Shown: positions 24,455 through 32,000 of the stretch, piece by piece
Layout of the letters: every line of letters begins with the position of its first letter
How positions within the stretch are numbered: the stretch's first letter is position 1
Source of the DNA: an uncultured Actinomycetes bacterium
GTDB taxonomy: Bacteria > Actinomycetota > Actinomycetes > Streptosporangiales > Streptosporangiaceae
Assembly (NCBI GenBank): GCA_963742865.1
Contig: CAVUNW010000014.1
Span: 114,846-146,845, forward strand
Direction of reading: 5' to 3'
DNA: 32,000 nt
The notes under the pieces: generated by a model
Told to the model about the DNA's origin: nothing
Database searches by the model: none
The model's input: the letters and a program-made list of their open reading frames with translations, nothing else
Made by a program: the position numbers and the translations under genes

Positions 24455-25732
24455 ATGGCTACTGACACCCACCGTGCGATCGAGGCTGTCTGGCGGATCG
24501 AGGCGCCCCGGCTCATCGCCGGACTGACCAGGCTCGTCCGCGACGTCGGCGTGGCCGAGGAGTTGGCGCAGGACGCGCTGGTCGCCGCGCTGGAGCAGTG
24601 GCCGGCGGACGGCGTGCCGCGCAATCCGGGCGCGTGGCTGATGACCACCGCCAAGCGCCGGGCCATCGACCAGATCCGCCGCACCGAGACCCTCAAGCGC
24701 AAGGTCGAGGAGTTCGGCCGGGAACTCGAGGATTCCACCCCGGACATCGGCGCGATGGTCGCCGAGGACGACGGCATCGGCGACGACCTGCTGCGGCTGG
24801 TGTTCGTGGCCTGCCACCCGGTGCTGTCCACGCAGGCCCGCGCCGCGCTGACCCTGCGGCTGCTCGGTGGTTTGACCACCGACGAGATCGCCCGGGCCTT
24901 CCTGGTGCCGGAACCGACCGTGGCGCAACGGATCGTGCGGGCCAAGAAGACCCTGGCCAACGCCCGGGTGCCGTTCGAGGTACCACAGGGCGACGAGCTG
25001 GCGGCCCGGCTCTCCTCGGTGCTCGAGGTCGTCTACCTCATCTTCAACGAGGGCTACTCGGCCACCGCCGGCGACGACTGGATGCGGCCGGCGCTCTGCG
25101 AGGACGCCCTGCGGCTGGGCCGGATCCTGGCCCGGCTGGCCCCGCGCGAGCCCGAGGTGCACGGCCTGGTGGCGCTGATGGAGATCCAGGCCTCCCGGGC
25201 GGCCGCCCGCACCGGCCCGGGCGGCGAGCCGATCCTGCTGGCCGACCAGAACCGGACCCGCTGGGACCAGTTGCTGATCCGCCGCGGCTTGGCCGCGCTG
25301 GAGCGGGCCGAGGCCCTGATCGATGGCAAGCCCGGCCCGTACGTGCTGCAGGCAGCCATCACCGCCTGCCACGCCCGGGCCCGCCGCTTCGAGGACACCG
25401 ACTGGGACCGCATCGCCTGGTTCTACGAGCAACTGGCCGAGGCGATGCCGTCCCCGGTGGTCGAGCTGAACCGCGCGGTGGCGCTGTCCATGGCGTTCGG
25501 GCCGGAGACCGGGTTGGCGCTGCTCGACCAGCTGATCGCCTTTCCGGCCATGCAGAACTACCACCTGCTGCCCAGCGTGCGCGGCGACTTCCTGGCCAAG
25601 CTGGGCAGGCACGCCGAGGCGCGGGTGGAGTTCGAGCGGGCGGCGTCGCTGACCCGCAACGAGCGGGAGCGTACCCTGCTGCTGGACCGCGCCGCCGCCT
25701 GTGATCAGCCGGTGCGAACGCACCATTCCTAA
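24455..25732 (+). CDS. ECF sigma factor with a long C-terminal TPR-like extension (ECF42-type)
   Basis: Sigma-2 reads AEELAQDALVAALEQWP...NPGAWLMTTAKRRAIDQIRR. Sigma-4 reads LTLRLLGGLTTDEIARAFLVPEPTVAQRIVRAKKTL. A further ~230-aa helical extension follows, and the gene is paired with a DGPF gene. Confidence 0.85.
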   Translation: MATDTHRAIEAVWRIEAPRLIAGLTRLVRDVGVAEELAQDALVAALEQWPADGVPRNPGAWLMTTAKRRAIDQIRRTETLKRKVEEFGRELEDSTPDIGAMVAEDDGIGDDLLRLVFVACHPVLSTQARAALTLRLLGGLTTDEIARAFLVPEPTVAQRIVRAKKTLANARVPFEVPQGDELAARLSSVLEVVYLIFNEGYSATAGDDWMRPALCEDALRLGRILARLAPREPEVHGLVALMEIQASRAAARTGPGGEPILLADQNRTRWDQLLIRRGLAALERAEALIDGKPGPYVLQAAITACHARARRFEDTDWDRIAWFYEQLAEAMPSPVVELNRAVALSMAFGPETGLALLDQLIAFPAMQNYHLLPSVRGDFLAKLGRHAEARVEFERAASLTRNERERTLLLDRAAACDQPVRTHHS

Positions 25733-25805
25733 ACTCCGCGCTTGCGCCGCGCGCTCCGAGGCGTGGCATATGCCGCCGCCCGGCCGCCGCTCATGACGGG
25801 GCAAG

Positions 25806-26479
25806 ATGGCGCGTATGTCCTTGCCCACGCCCACGCTGCAGACCGCTCGCCTGCTACTGCGCCCCGTGACCGGCGCAGACGCGGACGCCCTGTTCGCGAT
25901 GCACAGCAGCGCCTACGTGCTGCGCTACTGGGACTCGCCGCCCTGGCGCGAACGAGCGCGCGCCGATCGCTTCATCACGGCCTGCCAGCACATGGCGGAC
26001 GAAGGCAGCGGGGCGCGGCTGGCCATCGACCGTGTTTCCGACAGGGCATTCATCGGCTGGTGCAGTCTGACCCGATGGAACCCCGACTATCGCAGCGCGT
26101 CGATGGGCTACTGTCTCGACGACGCGGCATCGGGGCCACGGCTACGCGACGGAGGCCGCGCGCCTTGCTGCAGTGGGCATTCGACACGCTGAACCTGAAC
26201 AGAGTCCAGGCCGAGACCGATACGCGCAATACGGCATCTGCACGCGTGCTGGAGAAGCTCGGATTCGTGCGTGAAGGGACGTTGCGGGAAGACTGCGTGG
26301 TCAACGGCGAGGTATCGGACTCGTGGGTGTACGGGCTGATCAGGCGTCAGTGGCGCCCGTCGTCCGAGTCGCGGCGGTCGGCGGGTCTCGGCGGCGACGA
26401 CCGTCGCGAGGAGAAGCGTCGGGCCACGCCGGCTGACACCAGCACGAGTGGAACACGGACCTCCAAGGCCAGGATCTGA
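25806..26479 (+). pseudogene. GNAT (RimJ-like) acetyltransferase with two frameshifts
   Basis: Frame 0 reads TARLLLRPVTGADADALFAM...IGWCSLTRWNPDYRSASMGYCLDDAA. Frame 1 then reads GHGYATEAAR (shift at ~26131). Frame 2 then reads ALLQWAFDTLNLNRVQAETDTRNTASARVLEKLGFVREGTLRED (shift at ~26160 in a GCGCGC run). The 3' end is uncertain. Confidence 0.7.
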
Positions 26480-26790
26480 GCACATGCCCGTACGACTCCG
26501 CGACGATCAACGTTGAATTGTCCGGCGTTACCGCCATTCCGTTGGGGAAGGCCAACCCATCCGCTACTTGACGGACCGCCCTGCCGGGAGTGACCACGGC
26601 GGCCAACCCGGGCCGGAACTCTCCGCCCCGGGAAGTCGAACGCGATGTTGTTGAGGTAAGCGTTGCCGCGGCCGTCGACCGCGATCTCGTTCCACTGCGC
26701 GACGTCGAACGCATCGCTGAGGTCGGCGAGGGTGACGAGCGGGCCGTCGCGCTCCTGGCGAAGAACACGCGCCCAACGCACTGATGTCGA
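26470..26790 (-). pseudogene. SMP-30/gluconolactonase/LRE-family gene remnant (both ends missing, internal frameshift)
   Basis: Two minus frames together give WNEIAVDGRGNAYLNNIAFDFPG / FRPGLAAVVTPGRAVRQVADGLAFPNGMAVTPDNSTLIVAESYG. That corresponds to the middle blades only of the ~290-aa family. Confidence 0.55.
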
Positions 26791-26803
26791 CGATGTGCCT
26801 ATG

Positions 26804-27787
26804 TCAGACGGTGATGACCACTTTCGCCCGCGCGTGCTCACCCTCGAGGTACCGCATGGCTTGGGGCACCTCGTGGAGCGGATAGGTCCGGTCAATGACC
26901 GGGGTAAGCCGCCCGGCCTCGGCGTGAGCGCGCAGCGTGTCCAGGTGGTGCCGGCTGGGTGCTGTTGTGAGCGTGACGATGCGCTGTCGAACGAAGGGTG
27001 CCAGCAGCCGCCCGCGTGCTAGGAGCCAGACCGGTCCGAGGAGACTCCCGCCGCGGTACACGCCGCCGCCCGAGAGCACCAGCGTCCCGGTCGGGGTCAG
27101 CGCCCGCCGGAGCGCGGTGAGCGAGCGGTTGCCGACCAGGTCGAACACAACGTCCTGGCCGCGGGTGTTGTGGGTGAAGTCGTCGCGGGTGTAGTCAACG
27201 ACGTGGTCGGCGCCGAGGGAGCGGACCAGGTCGACGTTGCGGGTGCTGCACACCCCGGTCACGGTCGCGCCGAGCGCCTTGGCCAGTTGGACGGCTATGG
27301 TGCCGACGCCGCCCGAGGCGCCGTTGATGAGGACGCGGTGGCCGGCCTCGACCTGCCCGACGTCGCACAGTCCCATGAGCGCGGTGATGCCAGCCAGCGG
27401 CAGGGCGGCCGCCTGCTGCGCCGTCAGGTTCGCCGGCCTCGGCGCGACCATCGCTTCGGGCACGCATACGTACTCCGCGAACGCGCCGTTGGCGTCGCCG
27501 AGGTCGCCGAAGACCGCGTCGCCCGGGCGTACCTGTCTAACGTGGGCGCCAACGGACTCAACCCGGCCCGCGAAGTCGCGGCCACGGATGGGCGCTCGGG
27601 GGGCTGATCGACCCATCGACAACCGTGCCATCCGTGGATCGCCACGCATGGCATGCCAGTCGTACGCGTTGAGCGCGGCGGCCTCGACCCGCACGAGCAC
27701 CTCGTCGGCGGCAGGCACCGGCATGTCGACATCCGCGAGCGTGAGCGTCTCCGGCGAACCGTATCGATTTTGGACGATCGCTTTCAT
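26804..27787 (-). CDS. zinc-type alcohol dehydrogenase/quinone oxidoreductase (MDR superfamily)
   Basis: Motifs are MKAIVQNRYGSPETL, VLVRVEAAALNAYDW and VLINGASGGVGTIAVQLAKALGATVTGVCS. A strong GGGAGGAAAG Shine-Dalgarno lies before ATG 27787. The 179-aa upstream extension of the listed ORF is antisense to the TetR gene and was discarded. Confidence 0.9.
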   Translation of the reverse strand: MKAIVQNRYGSPETLTLADVDMPVPAADEVLVRVEAAALNAYDWHAMRGDPRMARLSMGRSAPRAPIRGRDFAGRVESVGAHVRQVRPGDAVFGDLGDANGAFAEYVCVPEAMVAPRPANLTAQQAAALPLAGITALMGLCDVGQVEAGHRVLINGASGGVGTIAVQLAKALGATVTGVCSTRNVDLVRSLGADHVVDYTRDDFTHNTRGQDVVFDLVGNRSLTALRRALTPTGTLVLSGGGVYRGGSLLGPVWLLARGRLLAPFVRQRIVTLTTAPSRHHLDTLRAHAEAGRLTPVIDRTYPLHEVPQAMRYLEGEHARAKVVITV

Positions 27788-27801
27788 CTTTCCTCCCTCA
27801 G

Positions 27802-27849
27802 GTGTACGGCGTACACCGCATGGGAGCAGCGTAAGTGTACGGCGTACAC
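27802..27849. promoter_or_regulatory. two identical 15-bp palindromic operators GTGTACGGCGTACAC (27802-27816 and 27835-27849)
   Basis: Exact duplicates read directly from the sequence, 33 bp centre to centre, in the 111-bp divergent region between the oxidoreductase and TetR genes. Confidence 0.6.
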
Positions 27850-27898
27850 TCGTCAAGGCGGTTATGGTTTCAACCGTTGCCAGAAGACGAGGACCGAG

Positions 27899-28609
27899 AT
27901 GGCTGAGCAGGCTGAGGTGCTGCGCCGGACGCCGCTGAGCCGGGACCGGATCCTGCGCGCCGCCGTCGCTCTCGCCGACGAGGCCGGGATCGATTCCCTC
28001 AGCATGCGCAACCTCGCCCAGGATCTTGGCGTCGTGCCGATGGCCCTCTACAAGCACGTGGCCAACAAAGACGAACTGCTCGACGGCATGATCGACGTGG
28101 TCGTCGGCGAAATCGATCCGCCGGTGCCAGGCGATGACTGGAAGCAGGTGGTCCGCGGGCGCATCCTCTCGGCGCGGCAGGTGCTGCGGCGCCACCCCTG
28201 GGTGCCGCTCGCGATCGAGTCGCGGAACATGGCGACGCCAGCCATCCTCGCCTACCTCAACTCGGTGGTCGGGGCGTTGCGGGCCGGTGGGTTCTCCGTT
28301 GATCTCGCCCACCACGTGATGCACGCGATGGGCAGCCGGATCCTGGGCTTCAGCCAGGAACTGTTCGACGACTCCCGGCGCGCCGGCCGGTCCGGCCCGA
28401 CCAATCCAGACCCGCCTGCCGCCCTACCACCAGAGGTCGCGGCCCGATTCCCGCACCTCGCCGAGATGGCGACGGCGGCGTCCCACGACGACGATTCGGT
28501 TGTGGGGCAGGGCTGCGATGACCAGTTCGAGTTCGAGTTCGCGCTGGACCTTCTGCTGGACGGCATCGAGCGGCTGCAACAGCAAGGCTGGACGTCCTCG
28601 CGCCGCTAA
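27899..28609 (+). CDS. TetR family transcriptional regulator
   Basis: The HTH reads RILRAAVALADEAGIDSLSMRNLAQDLGVVPMALYKHVANKDELL. The C-terminus is tetracycline-repressor-like (CDDQFEFEFALDLLLDGIERL). Confidence 0.9.
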   Translation: MAEQAEVLRRTPLSRDRILRAAVALADEAGIDSLSMRNLAQDLGVVPMALYKHVANKDELLDGMIDVVVGEIDPPVPGDDWKQVVRGRILSARQVLRRHPWVPLAIESRNMATPAILAYLNSVVGALRAGGFSVDLAHHVMHAMGSRILGFSQELFDDSRRAGRSGPTNPDPPAALPPEVAARFPHLAEMATAASHDDDSVVGQGCDDQFEFEFALDLLLDGIERLQQQGWTSSRR

Positions 28610-28742
28610 CGGTGGGATGGTCAGGCATCGCGGATAGCCCGTCACGATCCCCGCTGGCCTCGATGTAAAAAATTCTGGACATCCCGTCAAACATTCGTTA
28701 CGTTCGTGATGTCAAGGATGTTTTACACCGAGGGGCAGGGTC

Positions 28743-29175
28743 ATGACGCACAGAGAGAAGCGCGCGTGGATCATGTTGGTCGTCGCCGTGGCGGCGTACG
28801 CCGTCTACGTGATCACTTTGGTGGGCCGCGCGGGTGAGCGGCCGTTGTCGGAGGTTCCGTACGCGCCGGTGTTGCTGTGGATCGTCGGTGCCTCGATCGT
28901 GGCCGAACATCGTGGCCGAGATCGCGATCGGTGTCGTGAGCCCAAAGGGTCGCGCGCCGCGGACGTGCGGGACCGGCAGATTGGCCAGCTCGGTGACCAC
29001 GTCGGTCAGTCGTTCCTGGTGCATCGGCGGCCCTCGCGGCGATGCTCATGGCGATGGCCGGATGGGACCGGATTCTGGATCGCCAACGTGATCTACCTGA
29101 GCTTCACGCTCTCGGCGGTCCTCGGCATCGGTCGCGAAGATTGGCATGTACCGCGGGAGGCTCCCGCAATGGTGA
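28743..29175 (+). pseudogene. small membrane protein gene with several apparent frameshifts
   Basis: The start is plausible (MTHREKRAWIMLVVAVAAYAVYVITLVG...VLLWIVGASIVA), then the frame degenerates into Arg-rich text. Hydrophobic, protein-like continuations appear in other frames (NIVAEIAIGVVSPKG; ALAAMLMAMAGWDR; FWIANVIYLSFTLSAVLG; VAKIGMYRGGLPQW, stopping at 29173-29175). I infer at least 3 shifts, but the reconstruction is partly subjective. Confidence 0.5.
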
Positions 29176-29400
29176 AGCCCACCCACGTGACGAACTCGCA
29201 TCCGCGCGCTGCGCTTCACACACGGCGAGATGACCCAGGCCGACCTGGCCGAACGCATCGGCGTGACCCGGCAGACCGTCATCGCCATCGAGCAGGGCCG
29301 GTACTCGCCCTCCCTTGAAGTGGCTTTCCTTATCGCCGACGTCTTCGGCGTACGGCTCGACGACGGTGTTCCAGTACCCGCAACTCTGGCAAGGAGACAT
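29169..29400 (+). pseudogene. XRE/y4mF-type small HTH regulator with frameshifts near both ends
   Basis: The core reads [55 protein letters not shown]. The N-terminus ([10 protein letters not shown], with ATG 29169 overlapping the upstream stop) is in a different frame (shift at ~29199). The expected C-terminus VFQYP is in a third frame (shift at ~29375). Confidence 0.6.
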
Positions 29401-29401
29401 C

Positions 29402-30386
29402 ATGAAGGCGATCGTTCAGGACTTCTATGGCCCGGCGGACGTGCTGGCACTGCGCGACATCGACCGACCTCCGGTTGGTGACGACGAGGTGCTCGTACGG
29501 GTGCATGCCGCAGGCGTGGACCCGGGCGTCTGGCACCTCATGACGGGCCAGCCGTACCTGGTGCGGGCCTTCGGTTTCGGGCTGCGTAGGCCCAAGGTGC
29601 CGGTACGCGGCCGCGACTTGGCCGGGGTCGTGGAGGAAGTCGGTGCGCGGGTTACCCGGCTGCGACCCGGGCGACGAGGTGTACGGCACGTGCGAGACCG
29701 GCTCGTTCGCTGAGTACGCGACCGCCCGGCAGGATCGGCTGGCGGTCGAAGCCGGCGCAACTCTCGTTCGAGCAGGCCGCGGTCACGCCCATCTCCGGGC
29801 ACGACCGCGCTGCAGGGCCTGCGCGACTGCGCGGGCCTGCAGCCGGGCCAACGAGTCATGGTGATCGGCGCGGCGGGCGGCGTCGGGTAGCTTCGCCGTG
29901 CAGATCGCCCAGGCATTCGGCGCCACGGTCACCGGCGTGTGCAGCACCGCGAAGGTCGACCTCGTCCGTTCCCTCGGCGCCGCCGAGGTCATCGATTACA
30001 CCCGCAGCCAGATCGATGGCAACGGGGCACGTTACGACGTCATCATCGACACGGCGGGCAACCGCCCGCTGACCGTGCTCCGGCGTGCCCTGACGGCGCG
30101 CGGAACTCTGGTCCTGGTCGGCGGCGACCACGGTGGCGGCCCGCTTCTCGGCGGCTTCGACCGACAGATGTTCCGCGCACCGCTCATGTCCATCTTCGTC
30201 GGTCAGCGCCTGCGCAACCTGATGGCCAAGGAAAACGCCGCCGACCTCGAGCAACTACGACCGCTCATCGACTCCGGCGCCGTCACACCCGTCATCGACC
30301 GCGTCTACCCCCTCGCCGACGCCGCCGACGCGATCCGCCACGTCGCCCAAGGCCACGCCGCCGGAAAGACCGTCCTCACAGTATAG
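29402..30386 (+). pseudogene. MDR-superfamily oxidoreductase, paralog of 26804-27787, with four +1 frameshifts and an internal TAG
   Basis: The pieces are [15 protein letters not shown]...VGARVTRLRPG | DEVYGTCETGSFAEYATARQDRLAV | KPAQLSFEQAAVTPISG | TALQGLRDCAGLQPGQRVMVIGAAGGVG(TAG 29888-29890) | FAVQIAQAFGATVTGVCSTAKVDLVRSLGA...GKTVLTV. The shifts are at ~29668, ~29748, ~29798 and ~29887. AAGGAGA lies before ATG 29402. Confidence 0.75.
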
Positions 30387-30792
30387 ATGCTGGTCGATCG
30401 ATGGAGCGCACGGCCGCGAGCGTAGCCGAAGCGAGCAGCGCCATCAGCCTGTTCGGTGTCAGCCTGCTCGCCAGACAACACCTGACGTCATACCGCATCC
30501 GTCCACATTGTCCAGTGCGGTGGCCCGGTCGCGATCGGCCGACTCTCGCCGCGCTGCGCCTGACACTGGCCGCCTTGGGCGCCCGCCCTCGCCAGCACCG
30601 CGGACTATGACGGTTGGCGCCTCGTGGCGTAGACTCACCTCCAGCGGCCTCCGCGATTCGTCAATGGATCCCGTCTGACCGGTTTCGCCGCCCAGACCAC
30701 GCGGTCACGTTGAGCAATTCTCGGCCCTTCACTGGAAGTGCCCTCCCTCCGCCGGCACAGCCGCGGCATGTTCCCCGTCAGGGGCATCGACA

Positions 30793-31725
30793 ATGGTTAC
30801 TGCAATGCGCACTTCAGTCCACTCGGTCCGCATCCGGCTCGATACGCGGCCCGTACCGATTCTCGTTGAATCCATCGACGCGCACAGTACGGAGCAGCTG
30901 CTGCGTCGGCGGGCTGCCCTAGCTCCTGGTAACGCGGACCGCGCTGTTCTGCGCACGCGGGTCATCGAAGAGCACCTGCCGATGGCCCGCCGCCTCGCAC
31001 AGCGCTACGCCGGGCGGGGCGAACCCGTCGACGACCTCGCGCAGGTCGCGGCTCTGGCTCTGGTCAAGGCCGTGGACGGGTACGACTCACGGCGGGACTC
31101 CTTGTTCGTCAGCTACGCGATTCCCAGCATCATGGGAGCTCTGAAGCGACATTTCCGAGACACCACCTGGAGTTTGCACGTGCCCCGCGGCACCCAGGAG
31201 CTCGTCCTGCTCGCACGTGCGACGTCGGAAGAGCTCACGCATCGGCTTGGCCGGCAACCGACTTCGGCGGAGCTGGCCGGGCGCCTCGACGTCAGCACCG
31301 ACAGCTTCGCTGACGCCCAATCGGCCGTCCACGCGTACCGGCCGGCGTCGCTGGACGTGTCGCTGTCCCGCGTCGACGCCGGCGCAGCCGCCGACCTCGC
31401 CCGAGTTCTGGGTGGCACGGACCCGGGCTACGCCGCTGTCGACAACCGCCTGATGATCCGGGCACTGATAGCAGCCCTGCCGGCGCGGGACCGGCAGATC
31501 GTGGCCATGCGCTACTACGACGAGATGACCCAGTCGCAGATCGCCGCCGCGGTCGGGGTCTCCCAGATGCACGTGTCCCGGCTACTGCGCCGGTGCCTCA
31601 GCCGCCTCAAGGTGGGCATGTCCACACCCGACATGTGCGTCCGTGCCGTACGAGCGGACGCGTTCATGCACGCGTTGCCGCGCGGCGCAGCCGGGACGGT
31701 CGGGTCAGGCGAGAGTGAGGAATAG
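30793..31725 (+). CDS. SigB/SigF/SigG-type (group 3) RNA polymerase sigma factor
   Basis: Region 2 reads DDLAQVAALALVKAVDGYDSRRDSLFVSYAIPSIMGALKRHFRDTTWSLHVPR. Region 4 reads LPARDRQIVAMRYYDEMTQSQIAAAVGVSQMHVSRLLRR. The start could instead be ATG 30805. Confidence 0.85.
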   Translation: MVTAMRTSVHSVRIRLDTRPVPILVESIDAHSTEQLLRRRAALAPGNADRAVLRTRVIEEHLPMARRLAQRYAGRGEPVDDLAQVAALALVKAVDGYDSRRDSLFVSYAIPSIMGALKRHFRDTTWSLHVPRGTQELVLLARATSEELTHRLGRQPTSAELAGRLDVSTDSFADAQSAVHAYRPASLDVSLSRVDAGAAADLARVLGGTDPGYAAVDNRLMIRALIAALPARDRQIVAMRYYDEMTQSQIAAAVGVSQMHVSRLLRRCLSRLKVGMSTPDMCVRAVRADAFMHALPRGAAGTVGSGESEE

Positions 31726-31735
31726 AGCGCTCAGG

Positions 31736-32000
31736 TCACGGCGGGGGAACATGTTCAGTGCCGTCAACGATGGCCTGTGCGAGTTCGGAGAGCCGGCGGT
31801 TACGTGACCGGGCGGCCCCGCGCAGGGCGGCGAACGCGTCGTCAACGCCCATCCGCAGGCGTTCGGCGAGCACGCCTTTGGCCTGCTCGATCAGGATGCG
31901 GCTGTTGAGTGCACTCTGCAGTTGCTCGGTCAGGGTGTCGCGGCGGTGGATGGCCCGTTGCTGCAACAGGCCAATCGTGGCAACGTCGGCCAGCGCCTGG
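31736..32000 (-). CDS. ANTAR-domain RNA-binding regulator, C-terminal part (5' end outside the window)
   Basis: The canonical ANTAR sequence ILIEQAKGVLAERLRMGVDDAFAALRGAARSRNRRLSELAQAIV is present. The frame stays open to the window edge (…QALADVATIGLLQQRA…). Confidence 0.8.
   Translation of the reverse strand, partial: QALADVATIGLLQQRAIHRRDTLTEQLQSALNSRILIEQAKGVLAERLRMGVDDAFAALRGAARSRNRRLSELAQAIVDGTEHVPPP

Noticed and set aside
24386-25834. A 482-aa minus-strand ORF and a 368-aa + strand alternative frame across the ECF sigma gene.
   Set aside because: Both are low-complexity Arg/Pro/Gly text. The 24455-25732 frame has unmistakable sigma-2 and sigma-4 motifs.
27788-28324. A 179-codon N-terminal extension of the oxidoreductase ORF (listed as 26804..28324).
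   Set aside because: The extension is antisense to the TetR gene and runs across the operator region. A strong Shine-Dalgarno and the family-typical MKAIVQ start are at 27787.

Overview
High-GC (about 70%) actinomycete-type chromosomal window with a mosaic, accessory character. All calls come from reading the supplied translations and the DNA by eye; no database search was run, so family names rest on motif recognition. Contents, left to right. (1) The edge of a small carrier-protein biosynthetic cassette: P450 tail, 3Fe-4S ferredoxin, a stand-alone NRPS-type condensation protein, ACP, a split acyl-CoA dehydrogenase pair, and an atypical LuxR response regulator. (2) An ICL/PEP-mutase-superfamily gene. 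(3) A lower-GC two-gene module: a TIR-WD40 protein followed 18 nt later by a membrane protein with two TrkA_N-like domains and C-terminal RyR repeats. This is my best candidate for an undescribed TIR-signalling or defence-type system. (4) A fused DrrA/DrrB-type ABC exporter. (5) An IS graveyard with two degraded IS3-family copies and an ISL3 remnant, bracketing SnoaL-like and PPOX/F420 cargo genes. (6) A rifampicin phosphotransferase (rph) preceded by an RAE-like inverted repeat. (7) GNAT, TetR and membrane-protein housekeeping-type genes. (8) A DGPF/YCII plus ECF42-type sigma factor pair. (9) A belt of decayed genes: a GNAT, an SMP-30 remnant, and a three-gene membrane/XRE/oxidoreductase operon full of frameshifts. 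It sits beside an intact paralogous TetR/oxidoreductase pair that has twin palindromic operators. (10) A SigB/F-type sigma factor and a partial ANTAR protein. No rRNA, complete tRNA or CRISPR array was seen.
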